The notes: generated by a model not told the origin, from the sequence alone. A stretch of DNA of 64,000 nt from Candidatus Aquicultor sp. (GCA_030682615.1 JAUXNY010000082.1:47550-111549); one strand, 5' to 3'. Shown: positions 6,995 to 17,199, numbered from the stretch's first letter. Made by a program: numbers and translations.

Positions 6995-7942
6995 TTACTT
7001 CCCTCCGTAGTGTTTATACTGCGGCGTCCCGTTCGACGCTTGCAGCTGCTCCAAGAGCAAAAATTCGCCTCCCAGGGTCTTTAGTCTGATAAGGTTGCGA
7101 ACATAAAGCCCCGGTGCCCCGAAGATTTCTTCGAAAAACGTGGGAGCAGCGTATTCCTCGACTATCGGGTCTTCGATCTTCGCAAGTTTCGCAGCGGTGT
7201 CGAGAGCCGCCTGGTAGCCGCCGATAACATCGACGAGCCCGTGCTTCTTGGCGATCGTGGCAGGGAAGAGCTCACCTGTGGCAAGCTCCTTAACCGTCTC
7301 TTTCTTAAGCTTGCGTCCTCTTGCGACATCGTTGACGAACTGATTATATACCTCATCCGAGAGCGCCTGGAATTTCTCTTCCTCCTCGGGCGTGAGAGTG
7401 CGCTGGAACATGTCCTTATGCTTGCCCGACTTTATAGTCTGCATTTTGATGCCCAGCTTATCGTAGAGGCCGGAGAGGTCCGATACCTGTGAGATGACGC
7501 CGATGCTTCCGATAAGGCTGCCCGGTTTTGCGACGATTTTATCCGCCTGCGACGAGACATAATATGCGCCCGATGCGACCATGTCCCCGGCAAATATGAC
7601 GACCGGTTTCTCGCTGTCTTTAACGTACTCGGCGATTTCCTGTGACGCGCCGACCGCGCCGCCGCCGCTATCAAGCTTAAAGATAATCGCGCCGACCGCC
7701 GGGTCGTCGTTGGCAAACTGAAGCTGCTCCCTGACGAATGCCGGCGTTATTCCCGCACCACCTCCGAGCAGCGACGCGCTCTGGTCTTCCGCGATGCTGC
7801 CGCTCAGCGGGATGTAGGCGATGACGTCACCGTCGCCAACACTGATTTCGCCAAAGTCACCGAGCGCCAGGACGATGATGGACACCATCGACACGACCAC
7901 GACGGCGACGATAACAGATATGACTATCGTGCTTTTCTTCAC
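6995..7942 (-). CDS. sppA: Signal peptide peptidase SppA, 36K type (S49)
   Basis: 315 aa, GTG start after GGAGG. N-terminal TM anchor. S49 blocks AIIFKLDSGGG, AGDMVASGAYYVS (Ser nucleophile), KSGKHKD (Lys). Confidence 0.9.
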   Translation of the reverse strand: MKKSTIVISVIVAVVVVSMVSIIVLALGDFGEISVGDGDVIAYIPLSGSIAEDQSASLLGGGAGITPAFVREQLQFANDDPAVGAIIFKLDSGGGAVGASQEIAEYVKDSEKPVVIFAGDMVASGAYYVSSQADKIVAKPGSLIGSIGVISQVSDLSGLYDKLGIKMQTIKSGKHKDMFQRTLTPEEEEKFQALSDEVYNQFVNDVARGRKLKKETVKELATGELFPATIAKKHGLVDVIGGYQAALDTAAKLAKIEDPIVEEYAAPTFFEEIFGAPGLYVRNLIRLKTLGGEFLLLEQLQASNGTPQYKHYGGK

Positions 7943-8285
7943 TTAAATCCTCCTATGTAAATCCAGAGTTACGAGCTACATTATTGCGCGTGCCTCACTA
8001 CTAGTAAAGAACTATTCGTACGTAGTTCGTTGCCAAGGATATCAAGTCCTTTTTCTACGACCCTTTGTATCTCTATTATTTTATCGTCGCTATGATTGTC
8101 GTTGTTTTGATGCTTAGCGCTTGACACCGGCGCGGTGTCGGTCTTGGCGGGCATCGGTTTGCTGCGTGAGCGCTCGTTGGTCTTTATAAGAGCTAGGACA
8201 TGGCAATGAAAAGCGGTAAGCCTTGAATAATGGATGGAATAGTTTTAAAATAAGATGGTTGCCGTCGTTTAACGCGGCAAAACAT

Positions 8286-8360
8286 GGTGATCGTAGCTCA
8301 ATTGGTTAGAGCGTCGGACTGTGGCTCCGAAGGCTGTGGGTTCAAGTCCCATCGGTCACC
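8286..8360 (+). tRNA. tRNA-His (anticodon GTG)
   Basis: Cloverleaf with the His-specific extra G(-1) opposite discriminator C. Acceptor GTGATCG/CGGTCAC, anticodon loop CTGTGGC, T arm GTGGG-TTCAAGT-CCCAT. Confidence 0.9.
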
Positions 8361-8442
8361 CAGGAAAAAGTTGCCCCATAGGGGCTATTTTTTCTAGAGA
8401 GTCGATTCTCTCGCGGACTCTCTTTAGATAGAGGGAATAGAC

Positions 8443-8515
8443 GGGCACTTAGCTCAATTGGCAGAGCAGCGGACTCTTAATCCGGAGGTTACAGGTTCGA
8501 TTCCTGTAGTGCCCA
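8443..8515 (+). tRNA. tRNA-Lys (anticodon CTT)
   Basis: 73-nt cloverleaf: acceptor GGGCACT/AGTGCCC, anticodon loop CTCTTAA, T arm ACAGG-TTCGATT-CCTGT. Confidence 0.9.
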
Positions 8516-8517
8516 CA

Positions 8518-8543
8518 GAATACCGCCTTCTTCGGCGGTATTC
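8518..8543 (+). other. Perfect 10-bp hairpin in the tRNA-Lys/tRNA-Leu spacer
   Basis: GAATACCGCC-ttcttc-GGCGGTATTC begins 3 nt after tRNA-Lys. No T-tract follows. Confidence 0.5.
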
Positions 8544-8607
8544 TCGACAAAACATGTTTGCGCTTCGAAGAGCTGGTTTATGTCGTTCGGAGACCGGCAC
8601 CGGGAAT

Positions 8608-8689
<82 letters not shown>

Positions 8690-8823
8690 CAGATGGCCGG
8701 CAACGGCAGCATCGCACAAGGGCATGGGTTTTAGCATTAGTCGGAGTTTTTCTAGCGCAAGCTCGGGCCAACAGCTATTATTTGTGCTCTTTCGTTTCAT
8801 GTGGGCACAGAGAGTGGTAGTAG

Positions 8824-8846
8824 TATAATGATAGACGTTACGTCTA
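8824..8846 (+). promoter_or_regulatory. TATAAT -10 box followed by a 15-nt perfect palindrome upstream of tig
   Basis: TATAAT at 8824-8829. TAGACGT-t-ACGTCTA at 8832-8846, between the -10 box and the AGGAGG RBS of tig. No convincing -35. Confidence 0.3.
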
Positions 8847-8861
8847 AATAGGAGGCTAATC

Positions 8862-10268
8862 TTGAAGACTGAAATCGAAAAGTTAGAAGAGAAGAACACG
8901 GTACTTCTCACAGTGGAAGTCCCGGTGGATACGTTTGAGCGGGCGATTGATGAGGCATATAAAAAGATATCGAGCCAGGTAGTGATTCCGGGCTTCAGAA
9001 AGGGCAAGATACCTAAGACTATTATCGATAGCAGGGTAGGCAGGGAGTCGGTGCAGGAAGAAGCGCTCCAATCCGCCTTGCCCAGGTATTATGTCGAGGC
9101 TCTTCAGGGGACAGGCTTGGATCCGGTTGACCAGCCCGAAGTAGACATCGTTCAAGTCGGAGATGATATGCCGTTGAAGTTTACGGCTAAGGTAAAGATC
9201 AAGCCCGAGGTAACGCTTGGGGAATATAAAGGCATTGAGGTTACGAAGCCACCGATAGAGGCGAGCGAAGAAGAGGTCGATGAGCAACTAGAAGCTATAA
9301 GGAATAATTTTGCGAACCTGGAGCCGATTGAAGACAGGGCTGTGCAAAACGGAGACTACGCGCTCATAAATTTTGATGGCTTTATAGATGGTGAGCCATT
9401 TGACGGCGGCTCGGCCGAGGACTATTTATTGGAGATAGGCTCGGGAACCTTTATCCCGGGCTTCGAAGAGCAGATAGTCGGCGTGAAAAAAGGCGAAGCT
9501 AAAGATGTGACCGTGACGTTTCCTAAGGACTACGGTAGCGAGCAGCTAGCGGGGAAAGAAGCGGTCTTCAAAATTCTTCTGAAAGAGATAAAGGAAAAGA
9601 AGCTCCAGGACTTCGATGATGACTTTGCAAAACAGGTCGGTTTTGACACGCTCGACGAATTGAAATCCGATGTCGAAAAGAAGATTAGTGAGGTAAAGGC
9701 CAAGAACGTTGATGCCGAAGTAAGAGGAAGCGCGGTTGACATAGTCACGGAAGCCGCCGAAGTCGAACTCCACGATGTAATGGTCGAGCAAGAGCTCGAT
9801 ACCATGGTCGAGGATTTCGAAGAAGAGGTAAAAAGGCAGGGCGTCGAACTCAAACAGTATCTGGAAATGGTCAGCTCAAGCATCGAGGAGTTACGAGCGG
9901 AATGGAACGAGCGAGCTCATCACAGGGTAAAAAGTCGTCTTGTTTTGGACACTATCGCCACGCAAGAGAAGATTGATGCCGGTGTCGAAGAGGTCGATAA
10001 TGAAATGAAGAAGGTGGCGACCGCTACCGGACGCGATTTTGAAGAGGTAAAACAGATATTCATGATGCAAGGCAATATGGGAGCACTTGCCACTAGAATA
10101 AAGCTCGCCAAGACCATCGATTGGCTGGTCGAGCAAGCGAACATAAAAACCGGCGAAGAACCAAAAGCTGAAGAAAAAGAGGATAAGAAGACGACAAAGA
10201 GAAATACAAAGGCAGAGGCTTCGACGGAGGCTTCGGAAGTGACTGAGGAAGAGAAGGGGACGGATTAA
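8862..10268 (+). CDS. tig: Trigger factor
   Basis: 468 aa, TTG start 7 nt after [16 protein letters not shown] signature, central FKBP-type PPIase region, C-terminal chaperone arm. Carries an extra ~40-aa K/E/T-rich tail. Confidence 0.95.
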   Translation: MKTEIEKLEEKNTVLLTVEVPVDTFERAIDEAYKKISSQVVIPGFRKGKIPKTIIDSRVGRESVQEEALQSALPRYYVEALQGTGLDPVDQPEVDIVQVGDDMPLKFTAKVKIKPEVTLGEYKGIEVTKPPIEASEEEVDEQLEAIRNNFANLEPIEDRAVQNGDYALINFDGFIDGEPFDGGSAEDYLLEIGSGTFIPGFEEQIVGVKKGEAKDVTVTFPKDYGSEQLAGKEAVFKILLKEIKEKKLQDFDDDFAKQVGFDTLDELKSDVEKKISEVKAKNVDAEVRGSAVDIVTEAAEVELHDVMVEQELDTMVEDFEEEVKRQGVELKQYLEMVSSSIEELRAEWNERAHHRVKSRLVLDTIATQEKIDAGVEEVDNEMKKVATATGRDFEEVKQIFMMQGNMGALATRIKLAKTIDWLVEQANIKTGEEPKAEEKEDKKTTKRNTKAEASTEASEVTEEEKGTD

Positions 10269-10873
10269 TGAGCGAGATCATCAAGAACCAGTTAATACCC
10301 ATGGTCGTCGAACAGACGCCTAGAGGTGAAAGGGCTTACGATATCTACTCAAGATTGTTGACGGAGAGAATCATCTTTTTGGGTACTCCTGTCGACGACA
10401 ACGTCGCCAATCTGGTAATCGCCCAGCTCCTTCATCTGGAGTCGGACGACCCCGAGAAGGACATCAGTATTTACATCAATAGCCCGGGTGGGGTTGTTAC
10501 CGCCGCCCTGGCGATGTATGATACAATGCAATATGTAAAGCCGGACGTATCAACTATCTGTATAGGTCAGGCAGCGAGCGCCGCAGCGCTTCTCTTGGCA
10601 GCGGGAGCCCCCAATAAGAGGTATGCTCTTACGAACGCCAGGATATTGATTCATCAGCCACACGGTGGTGCCACTGGTCAAGCGGTCGACATCGAGATTC
10701 AGGCAAGAGAGATTTTGCGGACGCGAACGGTCCTCGACGAGATACTGGCTTCTCACACCGGGCAAACAGTGGAGAGGGTGCACAACGACACGGACAGGGA
10801 CTATATTATGACTGCTGCGGAAGCGAAAGATTACGGCATCGTTGACGAAGTCGTAACGCAACGCAAGAAGTAA
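10268..10873 (+). CDS. clpP: ATP-dependent Clp protease proteolytic subunit
   Basis: 201 aa. [18 protein letters not shown] (Ser), IHQP (His). The ATG overlaps the tig stop (TAATG). Confidence 0.97.
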   Translation: MSEIIKNQLIPMVVEQTPRGERAYDIYSRLLTERIIFLGTPVDDNVANLVIAQLLHLESDDPEKDISIYINSPGGVVTAALAMYDTMQYVKPDVSTICIGQAASAAALLLAAGAPNKRYALTNARILIHQPHGGATGQAVDIEIQAREILRTRTVLDEILASHTGQTVERVHNDTDRDYIMTAAEAKDYGIVDEVVTQRKK

Positions 10874-10884
10874 GGGAGGTAGCA

Positions 10885-12162
10885 ATGGCCAAATTCAGCG
10901 AGAACGAGCAGCTAAAATGCTCGTTTTGCGGAAAAAGCCAGCGCCAGGTCAAAAAACTCATCGCGGGTCCCGGTGTATATATCTGTGATGAATGCATAGA
11001 CCTGTGCAACGAAATAATCGAAGAAGAGCTGACAGAAGAGGTCGAATTCAAACTGGAAGATCTCCCGAAGCCAAAGGAGATATATGGCGTTCTCAATGAC
11101 TACGTCATAGGCCAAGAGTTCGCAAAAAGGATTCTATCGGTAGCGGTTTATAACCATTACAAACGCATTCAAGTCGGCCCGCAAAGCGACGACGATGTAG
11201 AGCTTCAAAAGAGCAATATTTTACTTCTTGGGCCAACCGGTTCAGGAAAGACCCTTTTAGCTCAGACATTGGCCAGAACGCTTAATGTACCGTTTGCCAT
11301 CGCGGATGCGACGGCGCTAACGGAGGCCGGGTATGTGGGCGAAGATGTAGAGAACATCCTGCTCAAGCTCATCCAGGCCGCTGATTACGATGTCAAAAGG
11401 GCCGAGACGGGCATTATCTATATCGACGAAATCGATAAAGTCGCTCGTAAAAGCGAGAACCCTTCGATAACCAGGGATGTTTCAGGTGAGGGCGTTCAGC
11501 AGGCGCTCCTCAAGATTCTTGAAGGAACCGAAGCCAGCGTGCCGCCGCAAGGTGGACGCAAGCATCCGCACCAGGAATTTATCCAAATTGATACGACAAA
11601 TATTCTGTTTATCGTCGGCGGCGCTTTTGCGGGTCTCGATAAGATAATCCAGAACCGCATAGGCAAGAAGGGCGTGGGTTTCGGCGCCGAGCTTAGGAGC
11701 GAAGACGAGAAAGGCGCGATTTCGGTCGTCGGCGAGGTTCTGCCGGAAGACCTGCTTAAGTTTGGCATGATACCTGAGTTTATCGGAAGGTTGCCGGTAA
11801 TCGCAACAGTCAGCCAGCTTAGCGAGGAAGACCTTATCAAGATACTCGTCGAGCCGAAGAACGCTCTTATCAAGCAGTATAAGAAGTTCTTCGAATACGA
11901 CGGTGTCGAGCTGGTATTTACAGAAAGCTCTCTCGGGGCTATATCTAAGAAGGCTATCGTGCGAGGAACGGGCGCCCGTGGTTTGAGGGCGATACTCGAG
12001 CACGTACTCCTTGATGTTATGTACGAATTACCGTCGCGTACCAATATTAAGAAGTGCGTGATAACGAAAGAGGTAATCGAACAGAATATCGAGCCGACTA
12101 TTCTTACCGAGGGCATGGAAGACGTAGCTCTTCCCGAAGATGAAACCGAAGTCTCAGCTTAA
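10885..12162 (+). CDS. clpX: ATP-dependent Clp protease ATP-binding subunit ClpX
   Basis: 425 aa. N-terminal zinc finger CSFCGK..CDECI, Walker A GPTGSGKT, Walker [10 protein letters not shown], and the IGF-type loop motif in [12 protein letters not shown]. Confidence 0.97.
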   Translation: MAKFSENEQLKCSFCGKSQRQVKKLIAGPGVYICDECIDLCNEIIEEELTEEVEFKLEDLPKPKEIYGVLNDYVIGQEFAKRILSVAVYNHYKRIQVGPQSDDDVELQKSNILLLGPTGSGKTLLAQTLARTLNVPFAIADATALTEAGYVGEDVENILLKLIQAADYDVKRAETGIIYIDEIDKVARKSENPSITRDVSGEGVQQALLKILEGTEASVPPQGGRKHPHQEFIQIDTTNILFIVGGAFAGLDKIIQNRIGKKGVGFGAELRSEDEKGAISVVGEVLPEDLLKFGMIPEFIGRLPVIATVSQLSEEDLIKILVEPKNALIKQYKKFFEYDGVELVFTESSLGAISKKAIVRGTGARGLRAILEHVLLDVMYELPSRTNIKKCVITKEVIEQNIEPTILTEGMEDVALPEDETEVSA

Positions 12163-12182
12163 AGAAGTATAGAGCTTATAAT

Positions 12183-12215
12183 AAAGGCAGCTTATCGCAA
12201 GCTGCCTTTATTTAT
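12183..12215 (+). terminator. Intrinsic terminator after clpX
   Basis: AAAGGCAGCTT-atcgc-AAGCTGCCTTT followed by ATTTAT. Confidence 0.75.
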
Positions 12216-12405
12216 GTGTTGATGCTCTCGCATAGTCAAATGCTATATGTAGTGGTCGTCCACATTCGCCGGCGCAAAGTTCTTGTTCTCTTCGAAAGCA
12301 CAGTATTATCTCACGACGGAGAGTCTTGCGGCGATAGGGGAGACGCTGACAAGAAGGATCTCCGGCCACGTTTCATAGGCGGGAGCACGAATCGTAGTAG
12401 GCATT

Positions 12406-12436
12406 TGTTGCAGGTACCGCAACATTTGCGGTTACC
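12406..12436 (+). promoter_or_regulatory. Two mutually exclusive hairpins sharing GGTACCGCAACA
   Basis: TGTTGC-AGGTACC-GCAACA (12406-12424) competes with GGTACCGCAA-cat-TTGCGGTTACC (12413-12436). The AGGTACCGC core partly resembles the T-box UGGUACCGCG. Confidence 0.3.
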
Positions 12437-12448
12437 CCATTTACCTGC

Positions 12449-12477
12449 TTACACACTCCCATGCCCTGTGGTATTAT
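12449..12477 (+). promoter_or_regulatory. Candidate valS promoter (TTACAC-17 nt-TATTAT with TGn extended -10)
   Basis: -35 at 12449-12454, -10 at 12472-12477, TG at 12469-12470. Lies ~55 nt upstream of the valS ATG. Confidence 0.4.
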
Positions 12478-12533
12478 GTTAAAATGGCTCAGTCCGAGTC
12501 CTGACCTTGATTTTCTATTTTAAAGGGAGACGT

Positions 12534-15173
12534 ATGTTGGAGGAAACCCTGCCTAAAGTTTATAATCCTCACGAAGTCGAAGCCAAGTGGTATGACATTT
12601 GGGTCGAGCGAGGCTATTTTCGCGCCCAGGTCGATGCCGATAAGAAGCCTTATTCAATCGTAATCCCGCCGCCGAATGTTACCGGCTCGCTTCACATGGG
12701 TCATGCTCTCAACAATACCCTGCAGGATATCGCAATCCGCAAGCACCGGATGGAAGGTGACTCGACGCTCTGGCTTCCTGGTACCGACCACGCCGGCATC
12801 GCCACGCAAAACGTTGTCGAACGACAACTTGCGCAAGAAGGGCTCACACGCCACGATGTCGGCCGAGATGCTTTTATAAAACGCACCTGGGAGTGGAAGG
12901 AGCAGTACGGCAGCCGCATTATCAACCAGCTCAAACGGCTTGGCGCCTCTTGCGATTGGTCACGCGAGCGCTTTACGATGGACGAGGGCTACTCGAAAGC
13001 GGTGCGCAGGGACTTTGTCCAGCTCTACAAAGAGGGTCTTATCTATAGAGATAACTACATCATCAACTGGTGCCCCCGCGATTTGACTGCGCTCTCCGAT
13101 ATCGAGGTAGAGCACGCCGAAGAAGAGGGCAATTTCTATTACGTCAAATATATGCTTAAGGGCACACCCGACTTTATAACCGTCGCGACGACGAGGCCTG
13201 AGACCATTCTCGGCGACACCGCGGTTGCCGTACACCCGGAAGACGCCCGCTACCAAGACTTTGTCGGCTTGACGGTCATCGTTCCCATGGTCGGCCGCGA
13301 GATTCCGGTCATCGCAGACGGTCATGTCAATCCCGAGGTAGGGACAGGTGCGCTAAAAGTGACGCCCGCTCATGACCCGCACGATTTCGAGATAGGGCAA
13401 CGCCACGACATAGAGCAGATAAGCGTATTTACGCCCGACGGCACGATGAACGAGGAAGCGGGCAAATACGAGGGTATGAGCCGCGAGGAGTGCCGCAAGG
13501 CCATCCTCGAGGACATAGAAAAAGCCGGCCTTTTAGTCAAAGTCGAGCCGATGACACACTCGGTCGGCCACTGTTACCGGTGCGATACCACGATCGAGCC
13601 ATACCTCTCGACGCAATGGTTTATGAAGATGAAACCGCTCGCCGAGCCCGCCATAGCGGCGGTAAAAGAAGGACGGGTGAAATTCGTTCCGGCGCAGTGG
13701 GAGAAGACCTACTTCGATTGGATGTACAATATCCGCGACTGGTGTATCTCGCGCCAGATTTGGTGGGGCCACCAGATTCCAGCCTGGTACTGCCGGGACT
13801 GCGACGAGATAGTCGTCGCCGAGGAGACCCCGGCAGCGTGTACGAAGTGCGGCAGCGCTAACCTCGTCCAGGACACCGATGTCCTCGATACCTGGTTCAG
13901 CTCGGCGCTCTGGCCGTTCGCGACGCTGGGCTGGCCCCAAGAGACCGATGAGCTTAAGTATTTCTATCCGACCAGCCTTCTGGTCACCAGCCACGACATC
14001 ATCTTTTTCTGGGTCGCCAGGATGATGATGATGGGGCTTCATTTCATGCGCGACATACCCTTTGACGACGTCTATATCCACGCGCTCGTCAGGGACGAGC
14101 AGGGCCGCAAGATGAGTAAGTCGCGCGGGAACGTCATCGACCCGCTCGATGTCATCGACGAGTTCGGCACCGACGCGCTGCGCTTTACGCTATCGAGCAT
14201 GGCGACGCCGGGTCGTGATATCTTTCTTTCGCGCGAGCGGATTGAGGGCAACCGGAATTTTGCTAACAAGCTCTGGAACGCGTCGCGGTTCGTTCTTATG
14301 AACCTGGAGGGTTTTGAGAGAATCGTTGTCAAGGAAGAGGAGTTTACCCTCGCCGACCGTTGGATATTCTCGCGGATGAACAATGTGGTAAGCCAGGTCG
14401 AAGATGCGCTGCGCGTCTATAATGTCGCGGAGGCCAGCCGGCTTATCTATGACTTTTTCTGGAGTGATTATGCCGACTGGTACATAGAGCTGGCGAAGCC
14501 GAGGCTTTACCAGAAAGAGGACCCGCGCCAGCGTCTCGTCGCGCAGAACCTGCTTGTCGAGATTATGGATGTGACGCTCAGGTTGCTCCACCCGTTTATG
14601 CCTTTTATAACAGAAGAGATTTGGCAGAAGTTTCCCGGCACCGGCGAGAGCATCGTCATCGCGCCGTGGCCGAGGATGGATGGGTCGCGCATCGATATGG
14701 GAGCCGAGAGCCAGATGGATGTGGTTCAGAGGGTGACCTCTTCCATTCGCTCCATCAAGTCGGTCCTCGGTATCGCGCTGACTAAGCCGGTAACTGCGAT
14801 GCTCAAAACCGCCGATGCCGAAAAGCAAGCGATACTCGAAAAAGACGCATCTTATATTAAAGAATTAGCCTGGGTCGAGGAGTTGATAATCTCTCCCGAT
14901 ATCGCCAAGCCGGAGCACGCAGCGGTCGATGTCGAGCAGGGAATCGAGATATTCATACCGCTCGCCGGGCTCGTCGATATCGAAGAGGAGAAAAAGCGCC
15001 TCGGCAAAGAGCTTGCCAAGACGCAGACCGATGCCGAGAAGTCGCGCAAGAAGCTCTCGAACCAGCAGTTCATCGATAAAGCCGCGCCCGAGGTCGTCGA
15101 GAAGGTGAAGGCCAAGCTTGTCGAGTTCGACGAGAAGATTTCGAAGCTTCAGAAACAACTGGAGAGCTTGTAG
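12534..15173 (+). CDS. valS: Valine--tRNA ligase
   Basis: Track ORF 12507.. trimmed to ATG 12534 (AGGGAGA RBS). HIGH motif PPPNVTGSLHMGHA, KMSKS motif, CP1 editing region, C-terminal coiled coil. Confidence 0.95.
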   Translation: MLEETLPKVYNPHEVEAKWYDIWVERGYFRAQVDADKKPYSIVIPPPNVTGSLHMGHALNNTLQDIAIRKHRMEGDSTLWLPGTDHAGIATQNVVERQLAQEGLTRHDVGRDAFIKRTWEWKEQYGSRIINQLKRLGASCDWSRERFTMDEGYSKAVRRDFVQLYKEGLIYRDNYIINWCPRDLTALSDIEVEHAEEEGNFYYVKYMLKGTPDFITVATTRPETILGDTAVAVHPEDARYQDFVGLTVIVPMVGREIPVIADGHVNPEVGTGALKVTPAHDPHDFEIGQRHDIEQISVFTPDGTMNEEAGKYEGMSREECRKAILEDIEKAGLLVKVEPMTHSVGHCYRCDTTIEPYLSTQWFMKMKPLAEPAIAAVKEGRVKFVPAQWEKTYFDWMYNIRDWCISRQIWWGHQIPAWYCRDCDEIVVAEETPAACTKCGSANLVQDTDVLDTWFSSALWPFATLGWPQETDELKYFYPTSLLVTSHDIIFFWVARMMMMGLHFMRDIPFDDVYIHALVRDEQGRKMSKSRGNVIDPLDVIDEFGTDALRFTLSSMATPGRDIFLSRERIEGNRNFANKLWNASRFVLMNLEGFERIVVKEEEFTLADRWIFSRMNNVVSQVEDALRVYNVAEASRLIYDFFWSDYADWYIELAKPRLYQKEDPRQRLVAQNLLVEIMDVTLRLLHPFMPFITEEIWQKFPGTGESIVIAPWPRMDGSRIDMGAESQMDVVQRVTSSIRSIKSVLGIALTKPVTAMLKTADAEKQAILEKDASYIKELAWVEELIISPDIAKPEHAAVDVEQGIEIFIPLAGLVDIEEEKKRLGKELAKTQTDAEKSRKKLSNQQFIDKAAPEVVEKVKAKLVEFDEKISKLQKQLESL

Positions 15174-15182
15174 GAGAACGCG

Positions 15183-16472
15183 ATGAACTTCGACGAGGCT
15201 ATCGGCTACATAGAGGGGGCACTCAAGTTCGGCATAAACCCGGGCTTGGAGAAAATCGGGGCGATTTGCGAGCGGCTAGATAATCCTCAGCTGAAGTACC
15301 CGACGATTCAGATAACGGGCACGAACGGCAAGACTTCGACGACCTGGATGACCCGAACCTTGCTTACGACATCAGGCCTGCGCGCGGGGTGCTACACATC
15401 GCCGCACCTCCACACCTACCGCGAGCGCATCACCATCGACGGCGAGCTTATCACCGAAGAGGATTTCGCGCGGGCGCTAAACGATATAATGCCGGCGGTA
15501 GAGAGCGTCCGGGCCGAATATGGAGAGCTTACCGAGTTCGAGATCCTTACCGCGATGGCTTTCTACCACTTTGCGGTGAGCAGTGTCGATGTGGCGGTCT
15601 TCGAGGTAGGTCTCGGGGGACGTTGGGATGCGACGAGTATGGTGCAACCGAGAGTGGCGGCGATAACGAGTATCGCGCTCGACCACACCGACAGGTTGGG
15701 CGAGACCTTCGAGGAGATAGCGTGGGATAAAGCGCACATCATAACGAGGGGAAGCATAGCTGTCATAGGGGAGACCCCGCCGGGAGCGTTCGAAAAAATA
15801 AGAGAACGCTGTGAGGCGCACGATGTCCCTATGATACTGCACGGGAGAGATTTTTCGCCTCACGGTATCTCGATTTTAAAGAACGAAGGGTCGAGCTTTT
15901 CAATCGACGGGATTTTCGGGACTTACGACGACATCCGGTTGCCGGTCTTCGGTGACTATCAGGTAATCAACTTCACAATGGCCGTCGCGATTGTCGAGAC
16001 CTTTACCGGCCACAGAATCGAAGACGATACCCTGCGTCGCAGCCTTGCCGCCGTAACATGCCCGGGGCGTTTCGAGCTCGTCTCTTCAAATCCAGCGGTC
16101 GTTCTCGACGGGGCACACAATCCCGATGGTATGGCGATGCTCGTAGCCGGACTTCCGAAGGCATTCGATTACGATAGACTGCTGGTCGTGCTGGCCGTCT
16201 CGAATGACAAGGATATAAAGCAGATGATAGAGACCCTTGGCGCGAATGCCGCGATGCTCATCCTGACCCAGAACACAAGCTATCGCTCGGCAAGCGTTAA
16301 TCAACTCAACGATATTGCCATGCGCGTGACAAATAGCTATAGTATTGAAGCAGACCTAGAGAAAGCGATTAATAAAGCTATCTCGATGGCTTGCGCGGGT
16401 GACCTGGTATGTATTACCGGTTCTCTTTACACGGTTGCCGACGCCCGCAAGATTTTGGTCAATAAGCGCTAA
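15183..16472 (+). CDS. folC: Bifunctional folylpolyglutamate synthase / dihydrofolate synthase
   Basis: 429 aa. Mur-ligase-type P-loop ITGTNGKTST, FEILTAMAF, DGAHNP. Confidence 0.9.
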   Translation: MNFDEAIGYIEGALKFGINPGLEKIGAICERLDNPQLKYPTIQITGTNGKTSTTWMTRTLLTTSGLRAGCYTSPHLHTYRERITIDGELITEEDFARALNDIMPAVESVRAEYGELTEFEILTAMAFYHFAVSSVDVAVFEVGLGGRWDATSMVQPRVAAITSIALDHTDRLGETFEEIAWDKAHIITRGSIAVIGETPPGAFEKIRERCEAHDVPMILHGRDFSPHGISILKNEGSSFSIDGIFGTYDDIRLPVFGDYQVINFTMAVAIVETFTGHRIEDDTLRRSLAAVTCPGRFELVSSNPAVVLDGAHNPDGMAMLVAGLPKAFDYDRLLVVLAVSNDKDIKQMIETLGANAAMLILTQNTSYRSASVNQLNDIAMRVTNSYSIEADLEKAINKAISMACAGDLVCITGSLYTVADARKILVNKR

Positions 16473-16573
16473 ACGCTATGCAAGTCATGGCGGAAGCATG
16501 ATTTCTACTAGCCTGGTCGTTATCGCAGAATTCTGTAAAAATATATTTAGCAGTCAATAAAGCAGGGGTAGTA

Positions 16574-17014
16574 GTGGAGTTTTTTCAATCGGTTGTCGAC
16601 TTTTTCGGTTCGCCTCTCTTCAGGCTTATCGTAAACCTCATCTATTTATTCGGTCTGGTTCTCTATATAAGTATTGCGAAATGGACATATTCGGACGCTA
16701 AGCGGCGCGGGGCCATGGCGTTCTATTGGATGATAGTCGCTATGCTGTTCCCAGTTGCGGGTTGGCTGATTTACATCATAGTCAGGCCACCGGAATATAT
16801 GGAGGATGTTCGCGAGCGGGAGCTGGAAGTCAAGGCGAAAGAGGCGCTGCTTGCGAGCGGCGACTTGGCTTGCCCGGCATGCTTCAAGCCCGTCGACAAA
16901 GATTTTCTAATCTGCCCGTCCTGCAGGCGCAGGCTCAAGAAGTCATGCCCGTCATGTGACAGGGCGCTCGATACCAGTTGGAGCATCTGCCCATATTGCC
17001 AACAGATTCTTTAG
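16574..17014 (+). CDS. Membrane protein with PLDc_N-like TM hairpin and C-terminal double zinc ribbon
   Basis: 146 aa, GTG start after AGGGG. Two TM helices flank WTYSDAKRRG, then CPACF..CPSC..CPSCD..CPYC. Confidence 0.7.
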   Translation: MEFFQSVVDFFGSPLFRLIVNLIYLFGLVLYISIAKWTYSDAKRRGAMAFYWMIVAMLFPVAGWLIYIIVRPPEYMEDVRERELEVKAKEALLASGDLACPACFKPVDKDFLICPSCRRRLKKSCPSCDRALDTSWSICPYCQQIL

Positions 17015-17169
17015 CTACGCTCTATTGACATTACCGTATCATCTAATGTCTTTGCTGAGACTCATCAAGGGGCTGCACCATTTAATGCCTTGCCCGCCCG
17101 GTCTGATTGCCTAGACACACATCGCTAAACCATGGACCAATCGATCGGTATATTCCATATTGAGCGGTT

Positions 17170-17199
17170 TGTAACAAAATGCGGGGGTATGTAACAAAA
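17170..17199 (+). repeat. Direct repeat TGTAACAAAA x2 with 20-nt phasing
   Basis: Exact 10-mers at 17170-17179 and 17190-17199, in the 330-nt region upstream of ndk. Confidence 0.6.

Noticed and set aside
12216-12482. 88-aa ORF between clpX and valS.
   Set aside because: It has implausible composition and no RBS. The region is better explained as structured non-coding RNA or promoter DNA (see the finding).
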